From Planctomycetota bacterium (GTDB lineage Bacteria > Planctomycetota > B15-G4), in contig CBDFJQ010000002.1 in NCBI GenBank assembly GCA_965248575.1, positions 128,001 through 192,000 on the forward strand: a DNA stretch of 64,000 bases, given 5' to 3'. Below, piece after piece: positions 18,390 through 27,247 of the stretch; the stretch's first letter is position 1; each line of letters opens with the position of its first letter. The notes under the pieces are model-generated. The model did no database searches. It worked only from the letters and a program-made list of their open reading frames with translations, and was not told the DNA's origin. Both the position numbers and the translations under genes were made by a program.

Positions 18390-19568
18390 TCACGAGGCGT
18401 CCAGTGAAGAGGAAGGCGAGCTTGGAAAGAAGTCCGGAAGTGCGGCGGCCAGGATACGACGCGTCGCTGTGGTGAACGGCTGTTCGCTGGTGGATGGGGC
18501 CCAGGCGAGGGGCTGTTGCACTCGCCCGGAGCTGAGCGTGACCCGGAACGGGTACACCCGGATGCGATAGCGCGTGATGCTGTGCCGGTGCACGGGGAGC
18601 GCTTCACCCACACGGGCCCGCAAACCATGGGCATCGGAGAGGTAGACGCCCAGGCGCGGGCCCATGCTCGCCGGTTCCCGCGGCGCGCCCTGCTCGTCGA
18701 TGTCTCCGGCCCTCCAGGCCAGGCAGGGCAGCTCGAGGAAGCCCGCGTTCGGTGACTGCTCGCGCTGCTGCACCAGGATCTTGCCGCGCTGGCTGATCAG
18801 CGCGACGGCGTGCACCAAGGGGGTCGGCTTGGGGCGGGGCGGGAGCGCCGGAAAGCGCTCCTGCGTACCCAGGGCATGGGCCCGGCATGTGCTGCGCAGG
18901 GGGCAGCGCTCACAGTCCGGTGTGCGCGGCTTGCAGATCGTGGCACCCAGATCCATGACGGCCTGGTTGAAGTCCCCGGGTCGCCGACTGTCCAGCAGCG
19001 CCTGGGCGGCGCGGCGCACGGCCCGTTTTCCAACAGCCTTGCGCGGGTCGCCTTCCAGCGCAGCCAGGCGGCTGACGACGCGCTCCACGTTGCCGTCCAC
19101 CGCCGCCACGGGTTCGTCCCAGGCGATGGATGCCACGGCCGCCGCGGTGTACTCACCGATCCCGGGCAGCTTGCGCAGGTCTGCGGCGCTTGAGGGACTC
19201 TCGTGCTCGAGCTGCTGCGCCGCGTCCATGAGCCGGTGGGCACGGCTGTAGTAGCCCAGCCCCGCCCAGGCGGAGAGCAGCTCGTCGCGGGAGGCGCCGG
19301 CGAGCGCCGCTGGGTTGGGCCAGCGAGTGAGGAAGCGCTCCCAATAGGGCGTCACGGCTGCCACGGTGGTTTGTTGCAGCATGATCTCGCTCACCAGGAT
19401 CGCCCAAGGATCCCGGGAGCCACGCCAGGGCAGGTCGCGCCGGTGCGCATCGAACCAGCGCAACAAGGCTGCGCGTGTGCGCTTCGGATCGCTGAGTCCG
19501 ATGGCGGCTGCTTCGGCGGACTTCCGAGCACCTGCCCGAGCAGGCTCGCCGTTGGAGGAAGGGGGCAT
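18390..19568 (-). CDS. mutY: A/G-specific adenine glycosylase
   Basis: RDLPWR, SEIMLQQT, GLGYYSRA, LPGIGEYTA, VDGNV, Fe-S motif CKPRTPDCERCPLRSTC. Confidence 0.95.
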   Translation of the reverse strand: MPPSSNGEPARAGARKSAEAAAIGLSDPKRTRAALLRWFDAHRRDLPWRGSRDPWAILVSEIMLQQTTVAAVTPYWERFLTRWPNPAALAGASRDELLSAWAGLGYYSRAHRLMDAAQQLEHESPSSAADLRKLPGIGEYTAAAVASIAWDEPVAAVDGNVERVVSRLAALEGDPRKAVGKRAVRRAAQALLDSRRPGDFNQAVMDLGATICKPRTPDCERCPLRSTCRAHALGTQERFPALPPRPKPTPLVHAVALISQRGKILVQQREQSPNAGFLELPCLAWRAGDIDEQGAPREPASMGPRLGVYLSDAHGLRARVGEALPVHRHSITRYRIRVYPFRVTLSSGRVQQPLAWAPSTSEQPFTTATRRILAAALPDFFPSSPSSSLDAS

Positions 19569-19695
19569 GGGCGCAGGCTACCCCGGGGCTGTGTGGGGCT
19601 GCCAGCATCGGCGACTCGAGAGCCACCTGCGTGGGGTAGACTCCGCGCCCGTGCGCACGCTGACGGTGCGCCGGGTCATGCTTCTGGAGGTACAG

Positions 19696-20235
19696 ATGGA
19701 CATCGTTCTGTGGGTCATTGCGGTGCTCGCGCTGCTCATGGCGTGGGGGACCCGGAAGAAGGTCGCAGAGATGGACTCGCGGGTCATGGAGTCCAAGCGC
19801 ATCGCCACCACGGTGCGCGATGAGGTGCTGGAACTCAGCGAGGCCGTGGCCACTCTGCGCAAGCTCCTGGCTGGCATGGCTGCGGGCAATGAAGTCGACG
19901 CCGCCATGGTGCGGGAGGGGCGGCTCTTCCGGGTGATCATGCCGGAGAACCTGCAGAAGAAGTTCACTGGGGGCGAGGCGCCTTATGTCATCGATGTGCG
20001 CACCGCCAACGAGTGGGCGGGCGGGCACATCCCGGGCGCGCAGCATCTTCCCATCGATGACCTCGAGAAGAGCCTGCACAACGTGAAGCGCGACGGGACG
20101 CCCATGCACCTCATCTGTGCCGGTGGGGGGCGCAGCGCTGCGGCGAGCAAGCTGCTGTCGGACCGCGGCTACCTCAACGTGTTCAATGTGGAAGGCGGCA
20201 TGAAGGCCTGGCGCGGCGACACGGTGAAGGACTGA
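19696..20235 (+). CDS. Membrane-anchored rhodanese-like domain protein
   Basis: GGAGG RBS; N-terminal TM and coiled coil; IDVR, GHIPGA, CAGGGRS, GGMKAW. Confidence 0.85.
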   Translation: MDIVLWVIAVLALLMAWGTRKKVAEMDSRVMESKRIATTVRDEVLELSEAVATLRKLLAGMAAGNEVDAAMVREGRLFRVIMPENLQKKFTGGEAPYVIDVRTANEWAGGHIPGAQHLPIDDLEKSLHNVKRDGTPMHLICAGGGRSAAASKLLSDRGYLNVFNVEGGMKAWRGDTVKD

Positions 20236-20260
20236 GGCGCGTCGTTTGGAGGAGGGAACC

Positions 20261-21085
20261 GTGGATTCGAGAGCTGCGGCTGGTGTAGCAACCAGTCTCC
20301 GGGAACAGCTCCAGGCGTGTCTGCCCGAGCTGAGCTTCGCTGAGCAGGCCTCTGCAAGTCGCGCTGCCGAACCAGCTCACGACGATGCGGGGGCCTTGGA
20401 CCTGGCGCCCCTGATTGATCACAGCCTGCTGACGCCCACGGCAACCGACCAGGATGTCCGGGTCCTCTGCGAACAGGCCCTGTCGTACGGCTTTCATGCT
20501 GTGTGCGTGCACGCAGCGCGGCTTCGCGCGGCCGTGGATGCCTTGGAGGCCGTTGGGTCGGTGGGAGTTGCCTGCGTGATTGACTTCCCCATGGGGGCAG
20601 GGTCAACGGAGTCGCGTCGCTGTGCGGCTTCCAGCGCCGTGGCCTTGGGAGCGACAGAGCTCGACCTGGTGGCGAGCGCCGGGGTTCTGGAAGCCGCGCT
20701 TCCGTCCGATCGGGTTGGGAGCTGGAATCCGACGCTGCTTCGGGCCTGGCTGGACGACGTGCGCACCATTCTCAAGGCTGCTCGGGAGCAAGGTCCCTGC
20801 CAGCTGAAGCTGATTCTCGAAACGGATCGCCTGGGTGACACCCAGATCGTCGTGGGTGCCTTGCTGGCGGAGCAAGCGGGCGTGGACTTCGTGAAGACAA
20901 GCACCGGCTTCGGGAGCGGCGGTGCGACCACATGGTCCGTGCAGCTCCTGCGTGCGGCGGTCGCACCTCGATTGGGGATCAAGGCCTCGGGAGGGATCCG
21001 AAACCGATCCGATGCCCTCAACATGATCCGTGCTGGTGCCACCCGGCTCGGCACATCCCAGTCCCTGAAGCTGTTGGCCGACTGA
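20261..21085 (+). CDS. deoC: Deoxyribose-phosphate aldolase
   Basis: IDHSLL, FPMG, KLILET, FVKTSTGF, IKASGGIR, RLGTS. Confidence 0.92.
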   Translation: MDSRAAAGVATSLREQLQACLPELSFAEQASASRAAEPAHDDAGALDLAPLIDHSLLTPTATDQDVRVLCEQALSYGFHAVCVHAARLRAAVDALEAVGSVGVACVIDFPMGAGSTESRRCAASSAVALGATELDLVASAGVLEAALPSDRVGSWNPTLLRAWLDDVRTILKAAREQGPCQLKLILETDRLGDTQIVVGALLAEQAGVDFVKTSTGFGSGGATTWSVQLLRAAVAPRLGIKASGGIRNRSDALNMIRAGATRLGTSQSLKLLAD

Positions 21086-21101
21086 GCCGTGTGCTGGCCG
21101 G

Positions 21102-23042
21102 CTACGGAATCGGCGTCGCCAGCAACTGCGAGATGCTGCAGAAGGGGAAGACAGGATCCTCGTAGAGCTGGTAGTAGACCGTGAGGCCCGAGAGACCGAT
21201 GCCGGCGGGGACGGTGATGTTCACGTTCCACTGACCGTTGGCGTCGAGCTGCTTGATCTGCCAAGCCTGGAAGGGGTTGCCGAGCCAGAAGGGCCCGACA
21301 CCCGTGTCGAGGGGTTCCGGTAGGACGAACGCGCTGAAGAACAGCAGGGAGAGTCGCTGAGGGGTTCCGTGTGCCGTGAGCGTGAACGTCTGCCCCTCTC
21401 CCGTGGGGCCGTTGGCGTTGAGCATGTTGCAGGCGCCCTGGACGACATGCACTTCGCCCGTGTTGCTGTTCGCGAATCGTGAGCCCACGGCCCAGTCCTC
21501 AAAGCCGTCGTCGTTGAAGTCACCCACGAAGGCCAAGGAGTCGCCGGCGCGCTGGTTGGCTGCCTGTCCGTTGAGCTGCACTCCCCGGAAGCTCAGGGAT
21601 TCCAGGCCGACGCTGGACGGCAACGACTGGTTGCCGTGTAGCAGGTAGACCTCTCCCGACGCGGATCCGTTGGGGTCGGCCTGACGTGCGCTCACCAGGA
21701 CGTCGGCGAAGCCATCGCCGTTCATGTCGCCGGGGGTCTTGCGGCCCGGGCCACCTTCGGCGGCGCCGCCCGTTGCCACGCCGGTTGCGCCACCCATCGC
21801 GACCTGGAAGCCCGCTTCATCCTGGTTGTCGATACCGGTGAGGGTGACACCCGCTGTGCCCAGTGCGCTGGTGTCGAGGGATGCAGGTGGGGATGCGCTG
21901 CCGTAGACGATGAATGCGCGGCCCTCGTTGTTGGCCGTGTCGTCGTATTGATGGCTGCCGAGGATGATGTCGTCGAAGCCATCGCCATTGATGTCGCCGC
22001 CACCGGAGACCGAGACGCCCAGGGCGTCGCCGGGTTGGTCACCCTGGAGCGTGAGTCCTGCGGCTCCGAGGCTGCCGAGGTCGATGCTGGAGGGCAGGCT
22101 CGCAGCGCCGTACACGACATAGGCGATGCCCGAGTCGGCGCTGTTGCCGTCAGCGTCGAGGGCGCCGATGAGCAGGTCGCGAAAGCCATCCCCATTGAAG
22201 TGCCCTGCAGCGGCGACGGCGTGGCCCGCATGATCTGTCGCGGCGCCGCCGTTGATGGTGACGCCCTCGCTGGCACCGAGGCTGGCGAGGTCGACGCTGT
22301 CGGCAAAGCTCGTGGAACCGTAGACGAGCACGGCCTGACCAGCCTGGATCTTGCCGCCTGGGTTGACGCCGCTGCCGCCGATGAGGATGTCCGGCACGCT
22401 GTCACCGTTGACGTCGCCCACCCCGGCGACCGACGTTCCCATGAGGTCTCCGGACGTTGCGCCTTCGAAGACGACGCCCGCGCCAAGCGCGAGGCTGCCG
22501 AGGCTCAGGCTCGCGGGAAGACCCGCTCCGCCGTAGACGAGATACACCCGGCCGGAGTCGGCATTGGGTCCGTTGACGTCGTAGCCATCCGCGCCGATCA
22601 GGAAGTCGTCGAAGCCGTCGCCGTTCACGTCGCCCGCTGCGCCCAGAGAGGACCCTGTGCGGGACCCGTTCTGGACCCCCGTGAGCAGCACGTCTGCCGC
22701 GGCGAGGTTCAGGGAGGAGGGGGGGCTCCAGGCGCTGCCGTAGATCAGGTAGACGCTGCCGGGGGGAGCGAACAGCCCAGTGGTCCAAGCGGAGACCAGC
22801 AAGTCGTCGATGCCATCGCCATTCACATCACCGGCTCCAGCCACGGAGCGCCCGGCGAAGTCTCCAGCGGACACTCCGCTCAGCTGGGTCCCAGCTGTCC
22901 GCAGCGAGCTCAGTTCGATCTCACGATTCTGGGCCTGGGCCGGTGTCACGAGTGAACAGGTGAACGCCAGGGTCAGGAGGAATCGGGCGGACCGCGAACC
23001 GCTTGGGGCGGTGCGGGAGTCGGGGGTTGATGGGGACGTCAT
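21102..23042 (-). CDS. Secreted FG-GAP (integrin-alpha-like beta-propeller) repeat protein
   Basis: About 7 repeats of AGDVNGDGxDDxLIGA...GxVYLVYG; signal peptide ending AQA; about 100-aa C-terminal beta domain. Confidence 0.9.
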   Translation of the reverse strand: MTSPSTPDSRTAPSGSRSARFLLTLAFTCSLVTPAQAQNREIELSSLRTAGTQLSGVSAGDFAGRSVAGAGDVNGDGIDDLLVSAWTTGLFAPPGSVYLIYGSAWSPPSSLNLAAADVLLTGVQNGSRTGSSLGAAGDVNGDGFDDFLIGADGYDVNGPNADSGRVYLVYGGAGLPASLSLGSLALGAGVVFEGATSGDLMGTSVAGVGDVNGDSVPDILIGGSGVNPGGKIQAGQAVLVYGSTSFADSVDLASLGASEGVTINGGAATDHAGHAVAAAGHFNGDGFRDLLIGALDADGNSADSGIAYVVYGAASLPSSIDLGSLGAAGLTLQGDQPGDALGVSVSGGGDINGDGFDDIILGSHQYDDTANNEGRAFIVYGSASPPASLDTSALGTAGVTLTGIDNQDEAGFQVAMGGATGVATGGAAEGGPGRKTPGDMNGDGFADVLVSARQADPNGSASGEVYLLHGNQSLPSSVGLESLSFRGVQLNGQAANQRAGDSLAFVGDFNDDGFEDWAVGSRFANSNTGEVHVVQGACNMLNANGPTGEGQTFTLTAHGTPQRLSLLFFSAFVLPEPLDTGVGPFWLGNPFQAWQIKQLDANGQWNVNITVPAGIGLSGLTVYYQLYEDPVFPFCSISQLLATPIP

Positions 23043-23339
23043 GGGGGCACTGCCACGGAACGAGGAGCGGGTGGTCAGCTGGGACCGGGCGTTGAAGACG
23101 TCCTCGATGGGACGTCTTGTCACCAGGTTCTCAACAGCTGTGGAGAGGCGACTGCGGCGACAGCGCAGATCGCGAGCGATCGGCGCCTCTCGGTGTTCTG
23201 GGTTCAGATCTCGGGGAGCCAGGCCCTTCCAGCGGTCGGCCTATGGAGGCGCTCATCGGCTCTCCCATACACATGAGTCAACATCTATATATGTGTTTCT
23301 CTGGGAGGCCCGTGGGCCGGCGTGTTAACACGTCGCGCG

Positions 23340-24113
23340 ATGGCTTCGATTCAGCTCAAATCACCTGCAGGGGTGCTGGTTGGCCTTTATGACGCTCCCC
23401 AGCTGGGCGTCGCTGCCAGCTCCGCCGGGTCTTCCGGAAACGGGGAGCTTGGGAGTCCTGGTGACGGCCCGCTGACGGCCGCCGTGGTCTGCCACCCTCA
23501 TCCGCTCCAAGGTGGGACCATGGACAACAAGGTGGCCTTCACCCTGGCCCGGACCTTGCGCGAGCGCGGTCTGCACGTGGTCCGCTTCAATTTTCGTGGG
23601 GCAGGGGGCAGCCAGGGAACCCATGACGAGGGCCGGGGGGAACAGGAGGACGCCCGTGCGGCCCTGAACCTCGCAGTCCGCATGGCTGAAGGTGGGGTCC
23701 TGGAAGCGGGGGATCGCAGGGATTCCGGCCTGCCGCCCGTGGTGAGCAGTGAGATCGCCCGCCCGGCCCCGAAGGGCAGCGTGCTCCTGGCGGGGTTCTC
23801 CTTCGGTTCGTACGTCGCGCTCAGCGCCGGGCTGGAGGATGAGCGGGTGGGGGCCCTGCTGGCTGTGGCGCCCCCCGTCAATCACTACCCCTATCCTGAA
23901 ACCGGGGACTTCGACGTGCCACTCGGCGTGGTCTGGGCCGGGGCGGACGAACTGGTGCCGGCGGCACGGGTGGAGGCCTGGGTGAGGGACTGTCCCGGGG
24001 CCGATGTCCATGCCCGCTGCGTGGACGACGCCACGCACTTGTTCCACGCGCGGCTGGCTCCCCTGCGCGAGGGAGTCGAGAGCTTTCTGGACCATGTGAC
24101 AGGCGCTCCCTGA
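23340..24113 (+). CDS. Alpha/beta hydrolase
   Basis: CHPHPLQGGTMDNKV, RFNFRG, GFSFG nucleophile elbow, DELVP, ATHLF. Confidence 0.9.
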   Translation: MASIQLKSPAGVLVGLYDAPQLGVAASSAGSSGNGELGSPGDGPLTAAVVCHPHPLQGGTMDNKVAFTLARTLRERGLHVVRFNFRGAGGSQGTHDEGRGEQEDARAALNLAVRMAEGGVLEAGDRRDSGLPPVVSSEIARPAPKGSVLLAGFSFGSYVALSAGLEDERVGALLAVAPPVNHYPYPETGDFDVPLGVVWAGADELVPAARVEAWVRDCPGADVHARCVDDATHLFHARLAPLREGVESFLDHVTGAP

Positions 24114-24137
24114 GCGTCTGCTGGGTACACTCGATCC

Positions 24138-24653
24138 ATGCTTCTAGACCGCTGGCGCGCCCGAAGGGCCATCCTCTCCCGTACGCCTCCATCGTCCGTT
24201 GAGGAACCGGCAGGTCCGGCCCTTCGACCCATCGTGGAAGACCTTCGAGTCAGACTGTGCGCGCTGAATTCCCTGGGTGACCCCTCTTGGCACTTTCGAT
24301 GGGAGGGCGATCTCCAGCTGGTGGGCCTGGATGCCAGTTCGCGTTCGGTGAGCGATGTCCGTCAGCGATTGCTGCGCGTGATCCATGAGTTGGACCTGCG
24401 CCATCTGCCACGTCGCGCGCGGCGTCTCGTGGCGGTGATCGTCTGTGCCCCGGATGCCACCGAAGGCCTCCAGGGTTGGCATGCCCGGCTACAAGAGGAC
24501 AAGGGAGAAGTGGGCGAGAAGGATTGGCGCGCCGCGCGAGGGCGGGTCACCGTCTTGGCCTTGGACCCAAGTGGCCAGCACATGCTCTTTGGGGGCGATG
24601 AAGCCATTGCCCAGGCTGTGCAGGAGTGGGATCAGGCCAGCCGCCCGAGCTGA
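24138..24653 (+). CDS. Hypothetical protein
   Basis: 171-aa ORF co-oriented with and filling the space between neighbours. Confidence 0.5.
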   Translation: MLLDRWRARRAILSRTPPSSVEEPAGPALRPIVEDLRVRLCALNSLGDPSWHFRWEGDLQLVGLDASSRSVSDVRQRLLRVIHELDLRHLPRRARRLVAVIVCAPDATEGLQGWHARLQEDKGEVGEKDWRAARGRVTVLALDPSGQHMLFGGDEAIAQAVQEWDQASRPS

Positions 24654-24709
24654 GTGTTCACGGCGCAAAGAGCGCCTGCCTGCTCCACGGCTCGGGTTAG
24701 GATGGCCAC

Positions 24710-25936
24710 ATGCTGCGCGCGAGACCCCTCTGCTTGGGACCGTTCTCCCCGTTGAAGCCCCGCCGGATGGCGTCGCTGCTGGCCATCCTTGCCCTGTCGC
24801 TGTCAGCGCGGGCGGCGTCGGATGGGGCAGAGGAAGCGACGCCAAGGCTCGACGCGAAACAACCTCGCCACGTGCGCGCGTTGTACCTGGACACGCTGGG
24901 TCGGACGCCGGATGCGGACGAACTGGATCTGGCCAGCATGGGCCGCCCGAACCTGCTCCTGCGCAGCCTCTGCAACAGCCGGGAGTTCTGGATGCAGTGG
25001 TACGAAGAGGAGCTCTACTACTTCCTGCTCGTGGACAACTTCAGGCCGGAAGACGTGGGCGACGGCATGGGCGACATGAGCAGCGCGAAGTCCGGCATGG
25101 ACGGCAGCATGCAAGCTGTGTCCGCTGCGGGTTCGACGAGTCTGCCGAGCCGCTTGAACGCTGGCGACCTGCACATCCTGGACGCCGTACGGACCCTCGC
25201 GTCGAGCGCAGCCTTCAACCGTGCGAATCCCGGGAACGACACCTTTGTCAGTGTCGTGTTCGAGCAACTGCTGGGGCTGACCGTGCAGTCGCAACCCGCT
25301 CTGCTGGAAGCGGGCAAGCGCATGTACGACGGCCAACGCGCGAGCCTGTGGGGCATGGAAGGCAGGAGCCAGGCAGACGTGGTGCGCATTGCATGTGCCC
25401 AGCCGGCCTTCGCCGAGGTGATCATTCGCCGCCAGTATCAGCGCTTCCTGGGGCACGAGCCGTCGCGAAAGCAGGTGCGAGCCTGGGCCGCCGAGCTGGT
25501 GAGCGACCCACACGCCTTCCCGGACATGGTTCGTGGCTGGCTCGAGTCGGAGCCGTACGCCCGTCGCTTGGAGTCGCTGAGGCTCAAGTCGGATCGGCAG
25601 TTCATCCGCGGGCTCTATGTGGACCTGACCGGCGCACCGCCCTCCTTGGAGAGCATGCAGCGGCACCGCACGGCTCTCGCTGCCGTGGCTGATTCCGGGC
25701 CCCTGCGTTCCGTGATCGCACGCGTGCTGCTGAGCACCTCGGGCTCCGGATATCGCGAGCGCCAGGACCCCGTCGATGCCCCGCCCCTGGTCCGGGACGT
25801 GTTCTTGCGTTTCCTGGGCCGTGAGCCGGGTCCTGAGGAGCTGGAAGCCTTCGCTTTGACCTACGAGCAATGTGACTGTGAGCCGGAGCTTCTGGTTCGT
25901 GCTGTCACCACGCACCAGGAGTACCAGTACTACTAG
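24710..25936 (+). CDS. Exported hypothetical protein with DUF1549/DUF1553-like repeats
   Basis: Signal peptide (start may be a few codons downstream); repeated LYLDTLGRTP / LYVDLTGAPP / FLRFLGREP units. Confidence 0.65.
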   Translation: MLRARPLCLGPFSPLKPRRMASLLAILALSLSARAASDGAEEATPRLDAKQPRHVRALYLDTLGRTPDADELDLASMGRPNLLLRSLCNSREFWMQWYEEELYYFLLVDNFRPEDVGDGMGDMSSAKSGMDGSMQAVSAAGSTSLPSRLNAGDLHILDAVRTLASSAAFNRANPGNDTFVSVVFEQLLGLTVQSQPALLEAGKRMYDGQRASLWGMEGRSQADVVRIACAQPAFAEVIIRRQYQRFLGHEPSRKQVRAWAAELVSDPHAFPDMVRGWLESEPYARRLESLRLKSDRQFIRGLYVDLTGAPPSLESMQRHRTALAAVADSGPLRSVIARVLLSTSGSGYRERQDPVDAPPLVRDVFLRFLGREPGPEELEAFALTYEQCDCEPELLVRAVTTHQEYQYY

Positions 25937-26037
25937 GATGTCAGGGGCCCTGCCGGACCGATCCAGCAGGCGCTACACTGCAGCACGGCCCTATCATTGA
26001 AGACACCAACGACGCGGAAGACCCGGAGAGACGAGCC

Positions 26038-27246
26038 ATGACGCATGACGATCAGGACATGGGCTGCGGTTTGCGGCGCCGGGATCTGCTTCGGGGTGGT
26101 GCCGCGCTGGCCGCGGCTGCCCTCTTGCCCCAATCGGCCTGGGCCTCTGCGATGACGGCCCCGTTCCCCGCGTTGAGCCCGGTGCTGGCTGGTGCGCGCA
26201 AGACGAAGCGCGTGGTGCTCGTGGTGTTCGGCGGTGGTGTTCGCAGCCGGGAGACGATCCTCAGCGACAACGTCCCGAACATGATGCGCTTGGCGGAGGA
26301 AGGTGTCGTGTTCCCGAACACTGTCGTCCGCAACAACGGTCACTATGGTGCGGCGGTTTCCATCCTGAGCGGCAGCTTCGAGGTCTTCGGCATTCGCGAG
26401 AACGCGCGACCGAGCATGCCGACGCTGTTCGAGGTGGTGCGCCGCGAGGCCGGGCTGGCCGCCTCGGATGTCTGGCTCTCCACATCGGGCTCCGACCAGG
26501 AGACGAACTACTCCTACAGCACGGCGTCTGGCTATGGCGCGAAGTACGGTGCCAACCTCATCGGCGGTGAGGGCATCTTCAACGCCGAGTTCAAGGACCT
26601 CGTCATGGGCGATGGGGGCTTGCAACGGCCGAAGGCTGCGGAAGAAGAGGTGTTGGGTCAGCTGCGCGGGGCCGTGCGCACTCCCCTGCCCACCGAAGGC
26701 GGGGGTGGCTTGGGCAACGACGCCGAGGCTACGGCCCGCATCGAGTCGTTCATCCTGGACGAGCTGCGCGGAGGAGCCACCGAGATCACGGGCCTGGGCG
26801 CCAACGATGCGAAGTCCATGCACGTCGCACGCAACCTGCTGAGCATCTTCCGGCCGAAGCTGCTGGGCGTCACGCTGCGCAACCCCGATGTGGCTCACGG
26901 TTCCTTCAACGACTATGTCACCGTGATCCGCCGCAACGACGAAGAGCTGGGCAAGCTCTTCGATGCCGTGCGCGGGGACCCCGAATTGGCAGAGAGCACG
27001 GCGATTTTCGTCCTGCCTGAGTTCGGGCGGGATCGGGACTTCAACGCGCGCCGCGGGCTCGACCACGGCGACAACAGCGACGAACTCAACAAGGTGGGGT
27101 TGGTGGCCTGGGGGCCGGACTTCAAGTCGGGCAAGGTGGATTCACGGGAGATCCGTTCCATCGACGTGACGCCGACCATCGTGTCCATGTTTGGCGCACG
27201 CATGGGTGCCAAGACCGGCTCGGTGATCCCGGGCTTGTTCAGCTGA
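26038..27246 (+). CDS. Tat-exported AlkP-superfamily / DUF1501-like protein
   Basis: RRRDLL twin-arginine signal; VVLVVFGGG, DVAH, PEFGR, DHGD. Confidence 0.7.
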   Translation: MTHDDQDMGCGLRRRDLLRGGAALAAAALLPQSAWASAMTAPFPALSPVLAGARKTKRVVLVVFGGGVRSRETILSDNVPNMMRLAEEGVVFPNTVVRNNGHYGAAVSILSGSFEVFGIRENARPSMPTLFEVVRREAGLAASDVWLSTSGSDQETNYSYSTASGYGAKYGANLIGGEGIFNAEFKDLVMGDGGLQRPKAAEEEVLGQLRGAVRTPLPTEGGGGLGNDAEATARIESFILDELRGGATEITGLGANDAKSMHVARNLLSIFRPKLLGVTLRNPDVAHGSFNDYVTVIRRNDEELGKLFDAVRGDPELAESTAIFVLPEFGRDRDFNARRGLDHGDNSDELNKVGLVAWGPDFKSGKVDSREIRSIDVTPTIVSMFGARMGAKTGSVIPGLFS

Positions 27247-27247
27247 G

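Noticed and set aside
21500..22900. Periodic DNA repeats resembling an array
   Set aside because: These are degenerate coding repeats of FG-GAP units, not a CRISPR array; no cas genes are present
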